Shown here: positions 52,101 to 58,436 of the stretch, in pieces
Layout of the letters: every line of letters starts with the position of its first letter
Numbering within the stretch: position 1 is the stretch's first letter
Assembly (NCBI RefSeq): GCF_000315625.1
Contig: NW_005434620.1
Coordinates: 1 to 58,436, forward strand
Source of the DNA: Guillardia theta CCMP2712
Taxonomy: Eukaryota > Protista > Cryptophyta
Length of the DNA: 58,436 nucleotides
Direction of reading: 5' to 3'
The notes under the pieces: generated by a model
Database searches by the model: none
What the model saw: the letters and a program-made list of their open reading frames with translations, nothing else
Told to the model about the DNA's origin: nothing
Position numbers and translations under genes: made by a program

Positions 52101-55100
52101 CAATTACTTCCACCGAGGATGATCCATCGCGAGGTCCGTTCGCACGCATCAAATTTGATATAGCAGGTTTGTCGAATGAAAAGACTTCGCTCAAGCTGCC
52201 TGGAGTTTTGGTCACAGTTAAAGTCGTTGACAAGGTTTTGGAAACTCCAGTTGTTGTTCTGCAGTAAATTGAAACGTCAGAAATCCATGTTGTTGCTTGA
52301 AATGCGGAAGATCCAAGCTTTCCACCAACTGACATATCTAACAGACCGAAGTTTGAACCTATAGCCTCGTTTTCAACGTAAGAAATATTTCGAGACGCAT
52401 TAAAGAATTGCACCAGAACGACCATCGGTAAAACGGCTCCACGATTTGTTATTACCAACTGTGACAGTTCTGCTGAATCGTATGAAATCATCATGGTGAC
52501 TGATTTTGGAAAGTCACTGGTAGTGATAGAGATTGCAAGGCTTTGTTGTGAGCCCTTTGAGAGCTTGCATTCAATTGAAGTGGCACTCCTCCAGTTGGTG
52601 TACTCAAAAGCAGTACCCGACATTCTTCCTGTTGTACTTGGGGTGGTTTTGTGGCTGAAATGCGAAACACGTATCGACAAATTCAAGCCTTTAGCTGGAT
52701 GAATATTTGATATCTGTGCGTTTGCTACCCCATATCGAGAAAACAATGCGGAATCAAACGAGCAAGACTCTGAAAGTGAGTTGAGAAATCCGAAGACGGT
52801 AATCGCGATCAATTTGCTCCCACTCAAGCCCCTTGGAACTTGGCAAAATGTACATGTATCAGATATCCATACTGTGCTTTCCATTGGGGTCGCCCCAATT
52901 TGTGAGGTAACGGTTGTATCCAAGAAAATGAAATTGATCCCATACAATGTTAGCTTTTCCATGTTTCCCGGAAACATGTTTGATGGTTTGGTGCTGCTCA
53001 TTGTAACTATGTCGTAAGAAAAAATTTGCTCTGTTTCTCCAATCTGACTGTCTACTCGCACAGCCAAGGACTTTCCATCACCATATCCAGCAGGAACGGG
53101 TGACAAGATTGAGGAGTCACTGCTCCATTGCGCAACCTGATATTGTGCATTTCCAAATGAGGTTTCCACTAACTGATCACTGACACCAAAGTTCTGTCCA
53201 AAGACTGTTGCATATCTCCCATTCGCATTTGTAGGAGAGTTTGCAGCCTGAACTGCATTGATATTTGGCTTGTCGTAGTAGAATATCGGAGCATCGACCT
53301 CGTCGAGTATAAGAGTCAACCTTATAATACTCAGAGTGATACTGTCGACCACACCGGTTCCTGGCGGAGTTATGAAATAAATTCTACTATCACTCTGCCA
53401 ATAACTTTTGGGTGACAAAGATTTACCAACCACAACTCCAACAGGTACTGCACTAACCCCGAATTGATTCCCTTCAATTTGTATGCTGACATTTCCAGTC
53501 GCGGGAGAATTAGATTTACTAATTCCTGTTGCGCTTGGTGCGTCATAGATGAACAGATCAGATGTACCATTAATGATTGCTGTCTGATTTCCAACATTCA
53601 TTATCATTGGAACTTTAACAAGACCTAAAACAGAAGGTTAGATTTGAAACTTGCAAACAAGCTTAATTTACCTTCGATTGCCGGGGCTGCAAGCGTTGAA
53701 AGATTTGAAAAAAGAAATACATGTATGAGTTGATCGCAGGAAAGAAAAATCAAAGCTTACCTTGACAGAGTGCTGAGCTGTCCGAGACCCATACTGTTGC
53801 TTGACATGATTGATCCCCGAGTTGACCTCCGAGGGTAGAGTCATAAAGGCCGTAATTAAATCCGAACACTGTTAGACTGAAGCCGCCATTTATTGGTCCA
53901 TTCGGTGGTAACAATGCCGTGGAAGACGGTGGCAAAAAGTTGAATTCATTCATGTTTTGGACTGTTATGGTTGGAATGCTCCAAAGCGCTGCTGACAAAA
54001 CTACCTCCAGATTGAATGAGATACCGCTAGCGATGTAGGAAGTTAGAGATGTTGTTGACAACCACTTGGTGACCTCCATGGCTGTCCCGCCGATTCGTCC
54101 TTTTCCAGTGAGATCGAATGGTCCAAAGTCTCGTCCATATATTTCAACTTGCTCTTCGGCGAGTGTGGAAGAAAATGTTGGACGTATCCATATCATGTCG
54201 GGTGCATCGTATGTAAACCCCTTGGTAAAGCACACCTTTGCGAGTGAAATGGTCAACGTGATTGGTAGCTCATATCCGGTTCCGTGTCCCGCTCGAATGG
54301 TGAGCCTGGATTCCGAATTCCAGCGGGTCATTTCTGAAACTGTTTCGCCTAATCGAATTTGTGGGCTGGTATCATACGTGCTGAAGCCGAACCCAGCAAT
54401 CTGATGTATTCTTCCCGCCAATACACTTGTGTGCGGTGGAATGATTGGCAATTGTGTTGCATTGGAATCTCCAATCGAAGGGAGATCAAAAGAAAATGCC
54501 TGGGATATCGAGCTCACGATAGATCCTATTGTTACTACTATTTGACCATTATGCTCTACACCTTTGTACTTCATGTATTGATTGGAAGCACGTATTACGT
54601 TGATTGGAATATTTCCATTTGGCGTTGTGGGAATGTATCCACTAACATGACTACTGTACATGAGGCATTTGATCTGTGTGTTGGATATCCACTGAGTCGC
54701 TTCGCATGATGATTTTGCAATTCGCATCCTGGCTGTCTCGATTTCACTTCCTTGTGGGCTGCTGATGTAAATTGAAATTGCTGATGTCACTGGACCATTC
54801 ATTCTCATTCCTAAACTAGCAAACATGAAAATTGGCATATCAAAGGACAAGCTGTCTGTCAAACTAGATGTCATAGTTGAGATTGTTGTTATTATAGAAT
54901 GTGTCTGTTGCGACCCCCTTGCAAAGTTTGCTGCCAAAGATGTGGCACTTATCCAATCTGTAGCCTCACAGCCTGTTTGTCCCAGCCTTGAAGCGATTGT
55001 ACCATACAATGCTGAAGGTCCATACCAATAGATAAGTAACATTCTAGAAGAAAGCTCATGCAGATTGAATTGCGACATGGCCGTGAAGTGAAGATTATCA

Positions 55101-58100
55101 AATGTGAGAGTTTCAGAAATTGTGGACATCCTCTGTGCACCAGAAGAAATTGCAACATTTTTGCTCGATTGACAGCATACCAGCGGAGCATTGCAAACGA
55201 TTATCGTATCCAGTAGCCATTTTGTGGCTTCGCATGCAGTAACTCCAGCGCGAACGGACGGTGTTGTATCAAAATTCCCAAAATGTTTTCCTAACAGGTA
55301 CAATGGACCTTTGGCAATTGCAGATGCCGCGGAATTTCCCACATACACATTGGGCGTTAAGAGCGAGGTCATTACAACCCGAGAAATATTGAAACTACTC
55401 GAACCTGAGCGTTGCAGCTCACGTTCTGAATTTGGTTGCGAAACTACAAGGTTTACAATGGAAACATCATAGGAGTGCGATTGACTTAATGTAGACCTTC
55501 CTTTATCCGTGAAGGAAACGATGGATACGACGACATCTGCATGATTGAAATATGAATTCGGTGCAGGAGTGCAGAGGAGACCGCTTTCACTGATCCAAAA
55601 GGTTGCCTCACATCCTGTACCACCTAATCTTACCCTGCCACTGAAGTCTGATCTGCCCACATCTTTTGTGAAAATTTCAATACTTTTATCAGAGCGAGCG
55701 AAGTGATTTAGCTGCTGCGCGTGAGATACACTGGCGTCATCGTACGACAGAAATGTGTAATTGCAGGTCAGACCTGGGCTTTGGCCAGAAACGGTCAGAT
55801 CCAAGCCCAAGTGTGAGCCAAGGTCATTCACTCCAGAGGCAGTTCGTGTCCATATTGCTGAGCCTGAGATCCAAAAGGTCGCTTCGGCAGAAGTTGAGGC
55901 ATGATATTTCAGACCACTTGCGAAGATCAATCTTGCTTGTGGAGAATAATCATGTTGCGAGAAAGACGAGCCAATGATCGAAATAATGGAACCTGATGTT
56001 GGAAAATTTGAGATGGCTTGAGCTGAATTCAAGTTGTACACTCCAGATATCTTAGGGGAGAAGTATGAGAACAAAGAATACTTCGTTCCGATTTGCCTTC
56101 CAACTGTCATGCCAACGATCAGTCCGTTTCCAGATCCTTCTGCCACTCGACAACTGATTGAGGAGTCTGATATGAATTTTGTGCTTTCCGTTGCAGTCCA
56201 TCCAAATCTAGCTCCAGGGCTTTCGTCGTAGATCCCATAGTTTTGTCCAGTGACGAATGCTTTTGATTGGTTGCCATCATAACGAAAAACTTCAGGACTA
56301 CGATAAGAGAACGAATGAGACAATGTTGACAATTGTTCAGCCACTTCAATTATGATGTCTAATGCAGATCCGATTCCAGGAGGGATCTCATGGCACCAGA
56401 CAACGTCGTCGGATATCCACTGCGAATTTTCACAAACTGTCCTTCCAATCCATATTAGAGGAGAAGAATCTAATCCACCAAAGTTAACCCCTTCTAGTCT
56501 CAATGTTTTCTCAGTAGAATATCTTGGAGCGACTGAATTCGGATCTACAAGTTCGACTGCAGGGCTATCATAAGATAGAGCTAGAGACATCGCAATTGTA
56601 TTGCTTGCTGGATAAGATATAAATGGAGATTTTCCAGAATTCCAAGTTGCGAATACAATTTCCAAGTTTTTACCATAAAATCCCGTGGGCTTGATAGCCA
56701 AACTTGTATCAGAAAGCCATCTCGTTGTAGTGCACATGATATTTCCAATGCCTATCTGTATGCTGAAGTCCCATGATCCAAAATTGATTCCGTAAACTGT
56801 CATCTCTTGACCTCCAACTCCAAGGATGTTGGCACGAAAAACACTGGAAATGGATGGATAATCAATCGACATGGCATCTGTCAACGTACCCGTAGACAAA
56901 GCCGCAGTAACAGCGATCGTGCCCTTATTTTCTGTCATCCAGCTACCTGTCGGTAATCTCGCAACAATTGCTGTGGTAGAAATCCATTCAGTTATCATGC
57001 TTGTAGTTCCAGAAAATCGGAGATTTCCTGAGATGTCCCAACCTGAAGCGAGTTCCCCAAAGCACAAAGTGCTTGGGTGAAGAGATGCTCCAAATCCATT
57101 AGATTGTTCAACTGATGATAACCTCGGAGAATCGAACGAAAACAAGGCTACGTGTGTTTGTACATCGTCGCCATGCCCTAATCCGTTGTTGTGCGAAATA
57201 ATGACAGATATTTGTCTTGATAGTCCAGAAGAGGATTTGCATAAAACTGTACTTCCTGACTCCCATAAACTCGCTTCACAAGTAGTGAAGCCTTGTGATA
57301 CTCTGAGTGAATTATCGTCATTTCCGAGAAAATATCCTGCATACGTCAAAGATACTGAACCTGTCATAGGTCCATTACCTCGTACAGCAACAAACTTTCC
57401 TGGCAGAAGTGGACTTAATGTTGGTGAGTTGAACGTGAAAGAATTGCTGAAGCTTCCGACCAGGATCGCAGCTGTTGTAGATAAAGACAGACCTCCTCCC
57501 GAACCATGCGCAAGTTTCGAGCGAATGGACGTTTCAGACTTCCAGGCAGTCACCTGACAAAAAATGAGAAAAAGAAAATCATGATCTAAAGGTAAAACTT
57601 ACCATTGCCGCAGTTCCACCGACAGACACCTTTAGAGAATTATCCTGGAATCCATAATTTGCCCCGATCAAAAGCTCCGACTGCAAACTTTGCCCATTCC
57701 ACGGGAAAAAGGAATTGAGCAACACATGATTGTATGAGAAAATTGAAGAAACCGAACCGCAAACAGATGAAACGCTCGCAACAATATGGTTGGATGAGCC
57801 CATACCATGCGACGCACGGCACATACATGAAGACAACGAGATCCAAAGCGTCCCAACCGATGACGAACTTCCCAACCGAAATCTAGTCGAGAAAGACGAA
57901 ACGGACAAGGATCTGTCTGAAATCAACACAAATGAAGAGCCCGTGTTTGGCCCATTCGAAAGATAAGCAGATGAAATCAAAACACTCACAAACGACATCA
58001 TCTGAGAAATAGATCCAACATACTGAACTGAAACAGATAACGATAAAGACTGAAGACCGATCGATGAGACTAATGTCCTGACCGACGTCTCCGACTCCCA

Positions 58101-58436
58101 CTCCGTCCCCTCGCACCCGGTCCCTCCCGCCCGTACCGCCCCCGTGTACCCCGACCGTCCCCCTAGCCCCCCTCCCTGTACCGTCACGCTCGTCGACCCC
58201 GTGCCCCCGCCTCCCTTGTTCGACCCCGTCCCTACGCTGATCCCGGCCCCGGCCCCTGCCGTCCACGCCTCCGTCAAGCTCCCTGCCCCGCCCCCTGCTC
58301 CTACCCCTCCCCCTACCGTCAGCCCTACCCGCCCCGTGCCCCCGACCCCTGACCCTCCCCGACACCGCACCGACGTCTCCGACTCCCACTCCGTCCCCTC
58401 GCACCCGGTCCCTCCCGCCCGTACGCCCCGTGTACC
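37144..58436 (-). CDS. Giant IPT/TIG-like tandem-repeat protein with C-terminal PKD/REJ-like region; 5' end beyond window
   Basis: Colinear ORFs 57579, 53750, 49321, 46686, 42895, 42318, 39602, 38483, 37431 and 37144, separated by ~50-nt introns. Dozens of ~95-aa repeats (G.NFG..D....RIG.T.CE.T.W.S.T...C....G.G...FSYD.P). REJ-like IILDGTDSWDPD and PRGGSLEVS..GTAM.D.W.V.C..W near the C-terminus. Confidence 0.85.
58081..58436. repeat. C-rich (plus strand) tandem ~290-bp repeat unit within the giant gene
   Basis: 58369-58436 nearly duplicates 58081-58150 (accgacgtctccgactcccactccgtcccctcgcacccggtccctcccgcccgtac). Confidence 0.8.

Noticed and set aside
39602-57557. Numerous plus-strand ORFs of 60-180 aa
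   Set aside because: Antisense shadows of the giant minus-strand repeat gene.

Overview
Eukaryotic, intron-rich nuclear DNA with short ~45-60 nt GT-AG introns and TTTAGGG-type telomeric repeats. This resembles a cryptophyte such as Guillardia theta, but that identification is inference. The left ~10.5 kb looks like a subtelomere with the chromosome end to the left. There, (CCCTAAA)n tracts at 1934-2076 and 10547-10566 separate head-to-tail, minus-strand copies of an unrecognised ~2.8-kb element. It encodes one ~675-aa orphan protein with no recognisable RT, endonuclease, transposase or helicase motifs. It has an AATAAA+(CTA)4 3' end and tandemly duplicated 5' termini, both fused in register to telomeric repeats. 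Two divergent subfamilies are present. One unit is a composite of two partial copies flanking a truncated, frameshifted Cys-rich / F-type lectin / Gly-rich gene, joined by template-switch-like junctions. Proximal to this array lie a decayed ALDH6/MMSDH fragment, a giant NPHP3-like NACHT-TPR gene with a cNMP-binding domain, small genes (Dpy-30 motif, class 3 lipase, RPC9, cytochrome c1, coiled-coil), a 20-bp minisatellite, and a >21-kb IPT/TIG-like repeat + REJ gene that runs off the right edge.
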